Positions 46,948 to 60,700 are shown, counted from the stretch's first letter. The stretch: 64,000 nucleotides of DNA from Macrostomum lignano (GCA_002269645.1 NIVC01001374.1:186001-250000), one strand, 5' to 3'. Notes: generated by a model from the letters alone, not told the origin. Numbers and translations are program-made.

Positions 46948-49834
46948 TCAAAGAGACTTCAGTATTGTAGCGGTCTCAAGGGGTTGGCTTGAGAGCTTCA
47001 CAGGCAACCCGAGCAGCACTGCCCTCGGGGCTCGCCTACTCGAGCGGGTCTTCCTATCGAAGGCAACTTGCTCGGTTGGGTAAAAAAAGAATGATGAAAA
47101 GTCACGCTTGTCTCTTTCTATAAGCCAGTCATCCTGGGAAATTTTCAGAGTGCCGACAGGGAAATTATCATTCCATAGATGGAAGAAGATTAGGAACTCG
47201 AATAACTGATTTAGTTCGAATTCGAATGCATTTAAGTGCAAGATGTAAGATAGTCACCGATGCTGGCTTTAGCTGAGGCTATTTTTGGCATTCAGCATTT
47301 TATATTCCCGTCCAGGCGACTTCAGCATTTCTGAAAAAAAATGTTTTGTTCTGCACTCAGCGGTCGCACACCCGTAATAATAACATTTGATTACACCTGC
47401 CCCAATTGGGCTAGATGTGCAACCGAAAGCTCAGCCGCAGCTATTGCGCGGCGCATCTGAAGGCTGCGTACGGCTGTTCAGTCAAAGGACTTTGGGGTCG
47501 CCACACACACCATCAATTACCCCAGCTGATACTGGCACCCATTTTACATTTTTTGTGTGAACTGATGCAATGCAGAGCTAAGTGTCTCTTGCTCAAGGAC
47601 ACAAATTGTTCCAAGTGGGATCGGGAATCGAACCTCCGACCTTCAAGTCGTGAGTCCGACGCTCTAACCACTAGGTTACCATGTATTAGTTTGTAATTTC
47701 TACGTGCAATTCTCACAAGGAAGCTAATTTGAGGACGGCAGCTTCGCACAAAAGCACTGAGCAGAATAATAAAACCAAGCCGCTTTGTGCTGGCATTGTT
47801 GAATAAGTCAGCGCTTGGGTACGAGTGGGCCATTCTCAGTAATACTCCTTTGTCCAACTCTCCTTTGCTATTGACCTCAGCCTGAAGTTCAGCGCGCAGA
47901 ACGTTAGGAAAAAGGATGTGCCGATGGCCAAAGGCGGGTGGAGACGGAGCTCGTAGGCTTGGCCAAGGAACCTCGCAACCAGAAACTGGAGTGGCAACTC
48001 TTTCTAGATCCCTCATATTTTCAGACAACTCTAAGCTGAGAGCAAACAAGCGCGCCAATACCGTACACAGGCACTCATACACACGCTCACACGGGGTGTA
48101 CAGCGTTCCTTTGACTGTCTAATCGTCAGGCACGTACACTCTGTGTGCCCTAAGAATCGCCGATCAAAGGTGTGAATTGCACAACAACCCCCTGGCAAAA
48201 CTTCGACTAAAAAACTTTTTTGCGTCATGCAACACACACAACCTATTTGACCTCCGACTGCATGCTCACTGCAGGTTATTGCTTGGAATCCAATGGTTAT
48301 TTACTCAGGTTCGGTAGAAATGACCTGAACAATGAGCCGAGTGTTTCTACTGTAAAGTAAATTTGTGCATAGAATGAGAAACCGCATCCAGATTCTGGCT
48401 CTGGCTCTCCTTGGCTTGGCTTTACTGCCTCAACTGCCTCGGCAGAGAGACTGGAGGCACGCAGCTGGGCAAGGCAATTGAAGGGCCGGATGGGGATTTA
48501 ATGGGAGTAGGGGAATAATAAGCACATAGGTGAACCGAGCAGCTGCGGACTGAGATTGTGGGGTCGGATAGTGCATTGTGCCACACAGTGACACGCTTTG
48601 GCAGGAAAGCATATAGCAATAAAATAGCCCAGGAAACAAAGAATGAAGCGGATGAGAGCCAGATCAAGTGCTCATGCGTGGATGTAGCTCATTTATTACT
48701 AATCACACAGGCCACTATATACACAACATTTACTGCTAAAGCGTTTATAACGAGTGCCCAATCAGGTGCAATCTTGAATAAATCTTTACTGTACACCCCG
48801 TGTGAGCGTGTGCATGAGTGCGGCCCGGGTGCCCGCAAGCCTCCAGGTGTGGATTGAGAAAGGATCGATAGAAACTTTCACTACGCTCGTATGACAGTAT
48901 TTATAAAATAATTTTTAGGGTTAGCTCATCAGAACTTTGGCTTCAAAATTGAAAGGTCACAAGGTACTAACGGATTTACCGCCTAGGACTAAACTAGAGC
49001 TATACTAAATCCCAGTAAATCAAATAGAGCAGCGTATGGCTCCGACTGATTAAGCCAGCGAAGGTAATTCAACTGCAAATCCGGGATGTAATTATTGTTC
49101 GACTGGACAGGTTCAGCCCATGACTGCCAAGTTGTAATCATCGTTATCTCCCTTGTCGGCTTTTAATCTCTTTCCCTGCCCCCCTCCTGTCTCGCCCTTT
49201 GCCTCACCTTTCAGGTGATGCCTTTTATTCACTCACAGAGTAGCGGCCTTCAGTTTCTCAATAATGTTTGCAACATAACTGAAAATCACTAGTCTAATCA
49301 ATGCTTTTTCGCCCGAAGCAGCCGAGCGTAATGTTGCACTGCTGCTGCTACTAGAGTAAGAGGAGATGGTGAGCGGGTGGAGAGAGTAGCTGTATGAAAT
49401 TTAATTGGAAGAGTTCAAAGGCCCAATTAATTTTATGCCTATTATTGATTGTCGATTGTCATTCCCATACAGACGCACATCTGCATAGCTCAGATTATTG
49501 CGTACTGGAAGAGGTGCTGTACACAGCCATCCCTGGGGAGGGGACAAAGGGGAGGCAAGGCAGCTAGAATTCCTATTGAGCCACTCAGAAGCAACAGAGA
49601 CAAAAGATCCAGATGCAGCCCCCTAGAGAGAACTTGTTGGGAGCGGATGTCCCGGCCCTGCTCAGCCATGCCTTTCGCTTGAGCCTCGCAGTCACGCAGG
49701 CCATGCAGAAAGCTCATTCGCGTGCAGAATTCCCACAGTCCAGAGTCGGAGCCTGCGCCACAACCAATTGGAGTGCGTCTGCACGATTCTGCACGGACTG
49801 AGCAGGAGCGGATGAATTTCTCCTGGGCATTCAT
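46948..49834 (-). CDS. Candidate multi-exon, multi-pass membrane protein of unknown family (putative exons 49834-~49505, 48687-48426, 48035-47717, 47205-46948)
   Basis: Four open segments, each with a hydrophobic stretch. Exons 2-3 (phase 2) and 3-4 (phase 0) join in frame through GT-AG sites; the exon 1-2 junction is unresolved and no family was recognised. Confidence 0.3.
47405..47680 (-). mobile_element. tRNA-derived SINE copy, inverted relative to 46318-46600
   Basis: Reverse complement of the same element. Confidence 0.85.
48071..48821. repeat. 33-bp inverted pair of a short dispersed repeat (ctgtacaccccgtgtgagcgtgt.catgagtgc)
   Basis: 48071-48103 is the reverse complement of 48789-48821 with 1 mismatch. 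Related single copies lie at ~8360-8430, ~22025-22080, ~37040-37115 and ~50370-50415. Confidence 0.75.
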
Positions 49835-51884
49835 TCTACTGCTTGCTTTCCCGTCTTACCGAGGAGTCTCCACTTGCGTGCGCCACTCGGTACTGTGATA
49901 AATTTTAAAGCTGAAAATCTGGTTTAAACCTGAACTGGATTCATATTGCATGAGATTATTGGTGCAATATTCAGTCGCGCTAAAATAGAATATGATAAAC
50001 TACGAATACGACGACTGCAGGCCGATGATGCCGCAGGCGTCTCCGGCGCACATTTACACGAGAGCCGCGGCCTCGAGGTCAGGGCAGTCGAGAACTGACA
50101 GATCTCTGCTGAGAAAAATGATCCGACAGCAGACCATTGGCAGTGCACCATACGGTGGTGAGTGCTCACGAATACTGATTATTTTCTCCTGACTACAGCA
50201 ATATACATGCGCCTCACTGAGACACGAGCTCAGTAACGTCATTTTTTATTAGAGGCCAGGGGGCTGTGGCGCACTTTAAGTGACATTGTCACACAACAGG
50301 CGAGAGGCATTGCTGCTCATTCCGCCGACTCCCCTGAGCAGGCACACATTTGCGCGGATACGTACTCAGTCATACAAACAGGCGCACACTCACACAGGAG
50401 TGCACAGCGGCCCTAACTTTATTTATCGTTAGGCATGTACACTTCACTGTGCCTTGGGGGTTGGCCCTCAAGGCCGTTAATTGCACGAGCAGAGCCAAGC
50501 CAAGATTCCAATTCAGCCACAATTAATGTGACTGCACTTGGACTCGAGCCTCGGCCGCTGGCAGATCAGAGCGACGCGCTTGACCACTGGGCTACGGACT
50601 CCCTTACTAGAGATGTTTAAGAGAACCATATATGAAAGGGATAAAGACGTTCAAGCTATTGCTCGTGACAACCGAGGTAAAGAGCCTAAAAGGGTGAAAG
50701 TTTGAAAGTAAGGATGAGATTAAAATCCAAATCTTAAATCAAAGTGACAACTGTCCTTTGGAAAAACTTTTTCTCTTTATTTACTCGTAGAAAAGGGACA
50801 AACAAGGATTATAGAATTATGATGTTAGCCACAGGAAAGAAAAAGGCTTCAAGGAAGCAAATGCGAATTGTGCGACTGTTTCAGTCACAACAGAGGAGAC
50901 ACCGGATGTAGAGAAGGTGTTACAATGAAGCCTTTGATGAAGCTAGGGTGTCTGGAGTCAGCCAAATACAAAAAAACTGTCTGACTTACCCTCAGCTCAC
51001 TCGGCTGTAAAAACTGTTGGCTGCCTACTGACAAGTTCCAAAAAAGCTACGGCGCTTCACGCGACTTCAGAGTTGTTGTGAGGTCACAACAGAAAATCTA
51101 TTATTGTAGGAGAGAGAATGTGACGACCTCTGACTCCCTGAATCTATTAACAAGCTCGAGAATCAATAATACCTTGGTAGCAAAATGATAACTGTAACAA
51201 ACAGATACATATAGGAAACAGATAGGATTTCTGAGAACAAATCTATAGTAATTCCGGCAACAAAGAGACTGGAATCGAGAAACCTCATTGATCCTGTACG
51301 ACAGCTTTGTATTTATTATACACAAAAATGTATTATATGTTATTATAAAATATTGTCCATGCCATTTATAGACTGCTCCAGCGTTATTGCAGCGCATTTC
51401 GGAGCCAGGCTATACTAGTTTATAAGCTGCTCCAAAGATTAAATGATGCACTCTGTACGCTTCGGTAGAGACCCACGTTACCCTTTGATCTATTCTTCGC
51501 CTTTACTGTGCGTTTATTGCTTTATAAAAGTAAATTTCATTCTTGAAAAACTTAGTTAGGCATTCAGATCAATTAGAGAAAGTTTGAAGTGAAATATTGG
51601 CCACAGTGCATAAGATCTGTACACCTGACACTCTACAAAGTGTGATGTTTTTTTACCTATATGGCCATGTTCCAGATTGGATCATTACGCTGTGTTTAAC
51701 GATATCGGCTAATAAGTTAATAAATATTACAACTATTAACTCTAGGCTAAGCTAAAATAATTACACAATGTGCAAAGATGGATCAAAGGGAGTGGATGTT
51801 TTACAAACTGTGTCCTAGGACTGATCCTTAACTTCCAAGTTGAGCACGAACTTTATACTGAATTGTTTGTGCGCTCCAATATTG

Positions 51885-52385
51885 CTTCTAACCTCGTCAC
51901 TTCTAACCTTGTCACTTTTAACCTCGTCACTTCTAACCTCGTCACTTCTAACCTCGTCACTTCTAACCTCGTCACTTCTAACCTCGTCACTTCTAACCTT
52001 GTCACTTCTAACCTCGTCACTTCTAACCTCGTCACTTCTAACCTCGTCACTTCTAACCTCGTCACTTCTAACCTCGTCACTTCTAACCTCGTCACTTCTA
52101 ACCTTGTCACTTCTAACCTCGTCACTTCTAACCTTGTCACTTCTAACCTAGTCACCTCGTCACCTCGTCACTTCTAACCTTGTCACTTCTAACCTAGTCA
52201 CCTCGTCACCTCGTCACTTCTAACCTCGTCACATCTAACCTCGTCACATAACCTCGTTACATCTAACCTTGTCACTTCTAACCTCGTCAGATCTGACCTC
52301 GTCAGATCTAACCTTGTCACTTCTAACCTCGTCACTTCTAACCTCGTCACTTCTAATCTCGTCACATCTAACCGATCGTCACTTC
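51885..52385. repeat. 15-bp minisatellite (cttctaacctcgtca), ~33 copies
   Basis: Direct tandem periodicity; source of the VTSNL/TRLEV ORFs. Confidence 0.97.
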
Positions 52386-53059
52386 CAACATCGATGCCAG
52401 TTAAGACTGAGCCATCTTGGTGGGGATCATGGATTTCTCGTCTAGATAATAGAAGTGTAAGTTGCCGACATATGCCAAGTCACTCGTCTGATAATTGCTA
52501 CGGACCGTCAATGTTTGTAGTCATATATTCTTCACAGTGAATTCTATTCGACTTAGGACGAAATCCTTGTCCACATCGGGACGGGGTTCACCACAGACTA
52601 TCTCTTCTTTCGTGAAACACTGTCACTCATAATTTCGATTGTTTCTCTCTTCGAGTCTGGTTCATAAAACACCTATATATCCTAACCTCAGGGCTACGTT
52701 GGAACCTAAGATAAAAATTTGCTCTGAGAAACACCCCTCTAGTTGACAAACATCGGCGGGCAAAGATAACTGTCGAAACGCATTGGCTAGTTAGAGAATT
52801 GAGATTGTTAAAATGATTTTGATTTTAGATTTTTAGCGCCACCCGGAATTGATACACCATTGACTCGATCGAAAGCTTAGAGTTTGTCTTAGTGGCATTA
52901 CAAAAGTCCAACATTCTTATGGTTGCCGGTACCATTGGCGTTACATAGGATGCATACATGGCAAAGGAAATTAGTAAGGGAAACCAAGTCCATCGGGAGT
53001 GCGCTGGGCTCGGCGCAGTGCTATAGAATTATTCATGCCTTTAATGCGACATCCATTAT

Positions 53060-53250
53060 TTGCAGTAACCTTGCGGTATAATTATCCAACCTATCTTAGC
53101 TCCACACCCAAGATTTTTTTCACCACATGCCCGATCCTCTCGCTTTCATCTGTATATAATCCGATGAAGTCGTCAACCCTCTCGACCCCGAGCCCAATTT
53201 GCAATCTGAGTGACAGTGATCTGTGCACTAGTTGATGTCTAGAGCACACA
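53060..53250 (-). pseudogene. Probable decayed hAT (ZMYM/DUF4371-type) transposase fragment
   Basis: SRHQLVHRSLSLR...ERVDDFIGLY...GHVVKKIL resembles the EQLxxxLR...EDFIGLY...xxIKDxL segment of hAT transposases; in-frame stops follow. Confidence 0.35.
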
Positions 53251-54748
53251 GCATGCATATACAGGGGAAACAAGAGACCGCATTGGGGTGGGCAGATAGC
53301 CTGGCTTGAAGACGATACGGGGCACAAAGGTAGAGACGGGTGAGACCGGGGCGGAAGCCCGAGGGCCTTCTAATTTTCGATCGCGGTCTCAGGCAAAATA
53401 GGATCGGAAAAAAGCCTAATATGTAATATGTATTTATGCGCCCGAAGAAACACGTGATGGCTCCGTACACTATAGATATACTGGGAGCGTAAGTGCTGAG
53501 TAAATTCTCAAGGATGAGCAGTCAGATTTTTTGCAACGACTCCGCCTTTGAACTCATATTTCTTTGCTGTTTGGGAATGCTTTTTTATTTATAGATCTAT
53601 ACGAGTTCCTTTTGACTCTAAACTGCGAAGATAGAAATATGTACTCAGGAAGTCCTCGAGTTAATCCTATCAACTCATGTATCACAATCCTTGTTTGTTT
53701 TAGTGTTACAAACTTTATTAGTCCTTGTCCCTTGTTACTAACTCTTTGAGTCGCAAGGGCGTGTTTTATACCTGTTAAATTCGTGGCTACGAATATAAGG
53801 CGAGCAACCACTTTCCATGATCGAAAGAATTGAGCGTTTTTTCTCTTGATATACTACTGAAAATTAGAGTGTTCCATAAGTAGTATACTAATAGTATAAT
53901 ATGTTTATTTTTTTCTTTCATATAGTCAACAATTTCAAAATAACTCAATAAAGTGTAATAAGTAATAAGCTATCAGTTTCTAGTTTGACTTTAGTTTCAT
54001 GCTATTTATTAGCCACTACATGTAGATGGATAGTTGACGCTAATAGTGCATAGACATGATAAAAGTACACGAATAGTATTAGGACATTTTTGGATGAAGT
54101 TAGCTATCTGGTAGGCGGTAGAACTGAAAAGTCTGCACAAGAACAAGTTATGCCGATGCAATACCAGCTGATACACAGTGCATACTCTCGTAGCGGCACC
54201 TCGATGCGCACTAAGCCGCATCTAGATCCTAGCTGACTGGTGGCCCTCGCCGCGGGCGGAGGCATCTCAAATTGGGCCGTCAATTTAACCAATTAGCCAA
54301 TTAGCAAAACCAATTAGCCGAGGTTTAACAGAAATCGCGCTGCTGACTCTGACTGAGCGATGACTGCCTGTCATATTTATCCTCAACTCAGCACCATAGT
54401 CGCAGAACTAAGTCTCAATTCGGCCTGATCGAATATTGAGCACCATGCAGGCGCGAAAACTTAAACTATACACTTTTATCCTCTAGCTTGCTAGTCGGGA
54501 AACATTCATGAACCCGTCTGGAAACTGGGACTCAACTGATACCGGAGATTCGGTCACGAAACCCGTTTCCGTTGCTTGTAGTTTGAATATCCTGCACAAT
54601 AACATACATCTTGATTTATTTATCATCAATGCAGTCTCACGATAGTCGTATGCACGCTCGCGAAGTGACATTTCATCTCAGTTGAATCTTATTAGGGTCG
54701 AAATTCTTATTCAGTTTCCTATGTTTTTCATTTCATTGCCAGTCAACT

Positions 54749-57700
54749 TTGAGATTGGTCTGCAAGCAAGACTTTTATAGCCAATCAGACTCCAGTCCAA
54801 ACCCACCCCATCAAAACCATGCAGACTCCGACAGCGCCACTGCTCTGATAGACCGCAGCGAGTCTCTGCCTGTTGATGATTTCGGGCTAAGTGACCGGCT
54901 GCGCCTGTTGAGCAAGCAGTCAGCTGCAACCTCCGGTCAGCACTCCCAGACCCCGCCTGAGCCACAGCCGAGAACGCGCCGTCCGGATTTGAAAGCTATG
55001 CGGGCCTTTAAATCGCTCGACACCTCATCATCCGTGGCAGCACCTGCCAACTCGGCAGCCGCAGCCTCCTCTTCTGTGTGCACCTCCGCGTCTCCTCCAA
55101 ACCGCAAGTCGTCAAAATCGATGGAGTCGTGCACGGAATTTTCCGGCTACTCTTCCCAGGGCCAGAAGCAGCAGGACAGTCCAAGCAGGAATTCTTCCAA
55201 AGTGCGCCGCTGGCCCAGCCTGAGGTCCCGCATCGGCTCCCGCCTTGGCTCCCTTCGAAGGCAGCAGACTCTCCAGCAGAATCCTTCGCTGCAGTCTCTG
55301 CAGCAGCCATCGAACGGATTGCAACAGCAGCAACAGCAGCAATGCATTCAGCCCGATTGCATTGAGAAATGCGACTCTAACAGCCAACTAGACGATGCTG
55401 CAGTGCTGGAGACGGGCTGTGAATTGCCCGAAGATCAGAAGCAGAGCACGTCCAGCTACCTGAAAGAGCAGTTCTTTGCCTTCTTCCAGCCGTCGGACAA
55501 CAAGCTGGCAATGAAGCTGTTTGGCAATAAAAACGCTCTGTTAAAAGAGAAGCAGAGACAGCAGCAGTCTGGCAAATGGATCATTCATCCGTGCAGCAAC
55601 TTTCGGTAAGGCGTGAAGTCAGTATTTATTTAACATTGGCTGTTAGTCAATTGTCCAAGCAATTTGTAGTTTTACTCTAATTATACACGTATAGCAACTA
55701 TGCTTGGCTCGGCTTCCAGTAACTAAAGCATGAACACTGTAGTCACGACTCTTCAATGCTCTTCCACTCTCTCAACCCATGGGCCTAATTAACCTGACTG
55801 TCCATCATTCGTCATCACGCTTCTCTCCTGTCTAGAGTTGGCGGGCTACTAGACAGTTGGGTAATTTCCATTTCAAAACACAGCACCAAGGCTCTTTATC
55901 ATCGCTACCGATGTAGATGCTATTGTTGTGCTATTTGTCAACTTGCCTACCATCTAGCTATGGAAAGTTCCTCCACTCATTCAGGCACTTCACTCTCGCT
56001 ACATTCCTCCAGCTGCCGGGTGGACCGGGTGGAATTCTTTGTTTCACTTCTTTCCATTGCGGAAAGCTACGCAAAACATGCATCAAAGGCGAACATACGC
56101 GGCTCCCGCAGAGCCGCTTGAAAATTATTTTAATGAGCCTGACAGACAAGGCGCATGAGACATTGTTCTTTATTTAATAGTACAATTTCATTTGCAGTTA
56201 GCTCTCGCATTCTGAAAATTAAGCAAAGAAGAGTTTTAGACAGACTTCAATGGAAATGCATCACCGCTTCCTCCTTTGTGACTCTCAGTTTCTACTGGGA
56301 CCTCCTGATGCTGATCCTCCTGATAACCAACTTGGTTGTGCTACCGGTGGCGATATCGTTCTTCAACGACGACCTCAGCGCGCATTGGATCATATTTAAC
56401 TGCTTGTCCGACACCATCTTTTTAAGCGATATTGCCGTCAACTTTCGAACCGGTTTGTTTCCAGACTTTTCCTTCACCTGTGAAAGACACGATGCTCTCT
56501 ATACTTCCTATTTAAGCATCTAAATTTTATCAAATATTGCAGGCGTAATAACAAACGACTTCGCGGACGAAATCATACTGGATCCAAAGCTGATAGCTCA
56601 ACACTACGTCAAGTCGTGGTTCTTTCTCGATCTAGTGTCCTCTATTCCAATGGATTATATATTTTTGGCTCTGAATCAGCGAGGCAATGTTAGCCAACTG
56701 GTACATGCGGGTGAGTTTAACAGCTGCCACTACCTATGCCGATATCTCACCATGAGAGTGGTCAAGGACAAGTGCACCAATGGTGCCCCATTTTTTTCAC
56801 TCTGATGTAGAAGTGAAATAAACCTAAACCAACTTAACCGCACAGCTCCAAAGCCCATCAAATCCTTGCTCATCCAGGTCGAGCGCTGAGGATCCTACGT
56901 CTAGCCAAGTTGCTCAGCCTGCTAAGACTGCTACGGCTCTCGCGATTGGTTCGCTATGTCAGCCAATGGGAAGAGGTGAGTGGATTTTATTATCAAAGCT
57001 GCAAATTCTTTTATATGACACTATTGCGATATTGCGTCTCAATATCATGCAGATACTAGGATATTTTTAAACGCCCATAATTCATCAATTGTAATTACTG
57101 TAACAACACCTTGTTTACTGCAGTACATTGGTACATTTCTAACACATGTCACTTGCATAAAACATTTTACTACATTTTCCGAGTCGCCAGTATTTAGAGC
57201 ACTAAAATGTAACGTAAGAAATCAATATAAATTTCAGCTATTGCAAGTTGCAACAAAGTGCCTTGGAATAGTAAAGCTGATTCTAATAATGCTGCTCCTT
57301 GGCCACTGGAACGCTTGCCTCCAATTCCTTGTGCCGTTTCTCAACGACTTCCCAGACGACTCTTGGGTAACCAAGGAAGGATTAAAGGTGAAGCCGCAGT
57401 TCACTGCAATCGGTAGACCCGGGCAATTCACGAATACCGGATGATGTTCGCACGCTCGCTTAGCGCATACTAGATGCCGATACTAGAACCTGCCTAGTTT
57501 TGCAATAACTCCAAGCCTAATTGGCTGTTTGTGTTAGCCTGACTTCGATAATGAGACTTCGATAGTGTTTTTCTGAGGTTGGAATTAAAATGCTACTAGC
57601 TACGAAGATTATATAAAAAAATAAGTCTTGATTATGAAATGCAAAGGTAAGCAGCAGAGAGAAGCCAAAGTATTTCTTTTGTCAGCCAAGTTAATAGTTA

Positions 57701-60700
57701 GGCCAACCAAGTTAAGACTTCCCATTTGGCAGCAGTAGATTTGGCCTTGCCCAGAGACTGAGACATAGACGGGAAAGGCAGCATAATTTCTATAAGACGT
57801 TGCTACTGGCATCCTTATTTTGCTGATGTCTATGGCCAAATTATCAACTTGGTTGCCTTTTTCCCGACAAGCAAGAATTAAGCTAGTGTCGTTGGTAGAG
57901 TAGAGACAACCGACTTCTAATTTGACTAACTGAAATTCGTCAGCTAAGATTAAGACGTCCTTAGCTCAGACGCTCAGACCTTTACTGCATTCTGCTCGGG
58001 TAGGAAACGCATGTGTCTTGGGTAAAAAAGCTTACCAATTTCACTTCAAATTCGAAGAAATAAGTGAGCTTCTGTGTCTCTACAGCCAGCCTGTATTCCT
58101 GTCTCCCTCTCACCCTATATCTTTCTGCCACTCTCGTGTCATGCTTTGCTTTGCATCATAATGCAACAAAATCAATCATTTCGTAACTTAGGTACTTAGG
58201 TAGGTGGCGGTTATTCAATTGTAAGTTGATGTTCATTCGCTGTTAGCTGCTCCATGGCAACATATAGCTACATACTGACGAATTTGACTCTGTAGAATTT
58301 GAAATCGAAACGGTATAATCAACAACAACACTGAATAAAAAACGACAGCTCTAAATTTAATTGACGCAATGACTGACTAGCACCAATTAATTTGACTGCG
58401 TTAACCGGATGTCGGCAAAAACTCAATGATTTAACTAAATTTAACTAGGCGATAAGTTCAGGAAAACAAATAACATTATCGATAAATCCTCAGCTAAAAG
58501 TACTCACACCACAAGAAAATATAAAAAAAATCTATAAATTCTCAAATGTACACAATGCTTATTATTTCAAAAAGGTTTTTTGAAAAATTATCGACCGATT
58601 TCAAAGTGAACTTTATTTAAAATCCTGTTCAAAGCTGTGATGACTGATTCACTGTAAAAAGGCTAGAACTATGCATAACATTTTTCCACTCTTTCACCAT
58701 CTTATGTTGCAGCTGCTGAACATAGCAAATAAGTTCATAGGCATATTTAACCTAGTACTGCTGATGCTGCTGCTGGCCCACTGGAATGCCTGCTTGCAGT
58801 TCTTAATCCCGCTACTGCAAGACTTCCCTGATCAGTCTTGGGTGGCCGTTTGCAATTTGAAGGTGACTTAAGAGTGGTCATTTGTATCTGTACGAGTCAG
58901 TGTACCTGCCATCACTGCTCATGTGTTCAGAATCCAATTATGATTTTGCCAAGACTCTGAGTCAAAAAGTGTGCTAAATCTATTTGAATATCCTTTTAAT
59001 TTGATTCCAAGCATGTCATGTCATCTTATGTCGAAAACCGAGTACAGTTCGAGTAGTTGATACTAAAAAAATTAGCAAAAGTTTTCACTGACCCGTATGA
59101 TATAAGATAGGTAAATTACCCCAAATGAAAGCATTAAAACTTCTTCAAAAAAGAAACAAGATTAGGATTTGTAGCTCCCAGATAAATAATGTTTTGAACA
59201 CAGAAACCTAAGTTGGGCCTAAGACTAATAACGAATTACTTAAACAAATCTTGGTTACGTTGTTTGCATTTTTAAACTGACTGGATTTACTAAACATAAA
59301 GTAATGCAATTACTCAATCTTTTCACTGTCGGAAAAAGTTATTAACTTTATGTTTTGTGCAATAAGGCACCTGCATCATTAATATGCTGGCACTATGACA
59401 TAAATAAGCGCAAGCCACAGTAAGCACTCGCGCTAATGTAACCCCCGTTTCAGCTGTTGAATGTAGCCTCCGTGTTCATTCGTGTTGTCAATCTGGTCTG
59501 TCTGATGCTGCTGCTAGCGCACTGGAACGGCTGCTTGCAGTTTCTTGTACCGTCGATACAAGACTTTCCCAAAGACTCCTGGGTTAGGAAGCTGAACATT
59601 CAGGTACCCATCACTGCATTAAAAATATATATCTATAATTTTGTTCAGCTGTTCTCTTCAGTAGACCAACAAGTTTTTACAATTATTGATTTATATATAG
59701 ATATTTAGGCGATAGCAGTCCACAGCAAACTGTAGACTCTGTAGAGTGCTATAGCGTCAGTCTAATTAGTTTTCAAATTAAATTATAGCATCGGACTCAT
59801 TTGATCAACAAACCAGGCTCCCTTAGGTGGTACAGTTTAAAGTACATTTACACACTGCATCCCTCCACGTAGATACAGAGAATAGAATATAGTGTCATGA
59901 ATTTTTAGATGTCTTCCACTCCTGCCATTTGCCTGCCAATTTTTGTTGTAAGCGATAAATTATTCCTATTTATGCATAATCTTTATTCCTAACTTCTGTC
60001 GAATGTTTAAATCTTTGTTTGCTGCGCTGCATATAGATGTTATTATATATTGCCTCTATAGTTTTATGATTCAAATATAGAGTTGATTGAGATTTACCGC
60101 CATCGAAAATGCATTATACTGACATTACGAGTACCGAACTGATACGGCGTTGTCTCCATCTTTACTTGTAGGACGCACACTGGTTCCGACAGTACACCTG
60201 GGCTCTGTTCAAGGCCATGAGCCACATGCTGAGCATTGGCTACGGCCAGCACCCGCCAACCAGCATTAGCGAGGCCTGGATCACCATCGTCAGCATGATG
60301 ACCGGCTCGTCGTGCTACGCTCTCTTCGTCGGCCACGCCGCGGCACTGATACAGAGCTTCGACACGTCCAAGCGAATGTATCGGGAGAAAGTGAGCTCGG
60401 GGGATAACGTCTTAATAATGTTGTAGCAATATCTTAGTTTGCTCTGTTAATTACTTCCCGGGGAAGTGTGTCCTCCCGGAGAATGTCTTCATCGTCACAG
60501 ATTGATACTGCAAGGCATTGAAAATATTGCTGATATTTTATCATCAAAGTGCTCCGAATTTTAATGAAACAGAAACGGAAATAAAAAATCTGATTAGGAT
60601 GGTGAAGACTCTTTAGCTACCTCTATAATTGTTCTTCAGGCCTTTTTTAGTTATCAGGCTTCTCCTTTAATAACTATACAGTATACGGAACCCTATTTGG

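Noticed and set aside
49992-50159. Possible first coding exon of HCN (MINYEYDD...APYG, GTGAGT donor)
   Set aside because: Phase 1 does not match the best acceptor at 54780 (phase 2); the link cannot be supported without transcripts.
51770-52177. VTSNL / TRLEV repeat ORFs
   Set aside because: A 15-bp minisatellite open in all frames.
9950-52385. Apparent preference for 15-bp-multiple repeat periods
   Set aside because: On counting, the units are 15, 16, 18, 19-20, 23, 26, 30, 31, 33, 41, 43, 51, 54 and 81 bp, with no common period.
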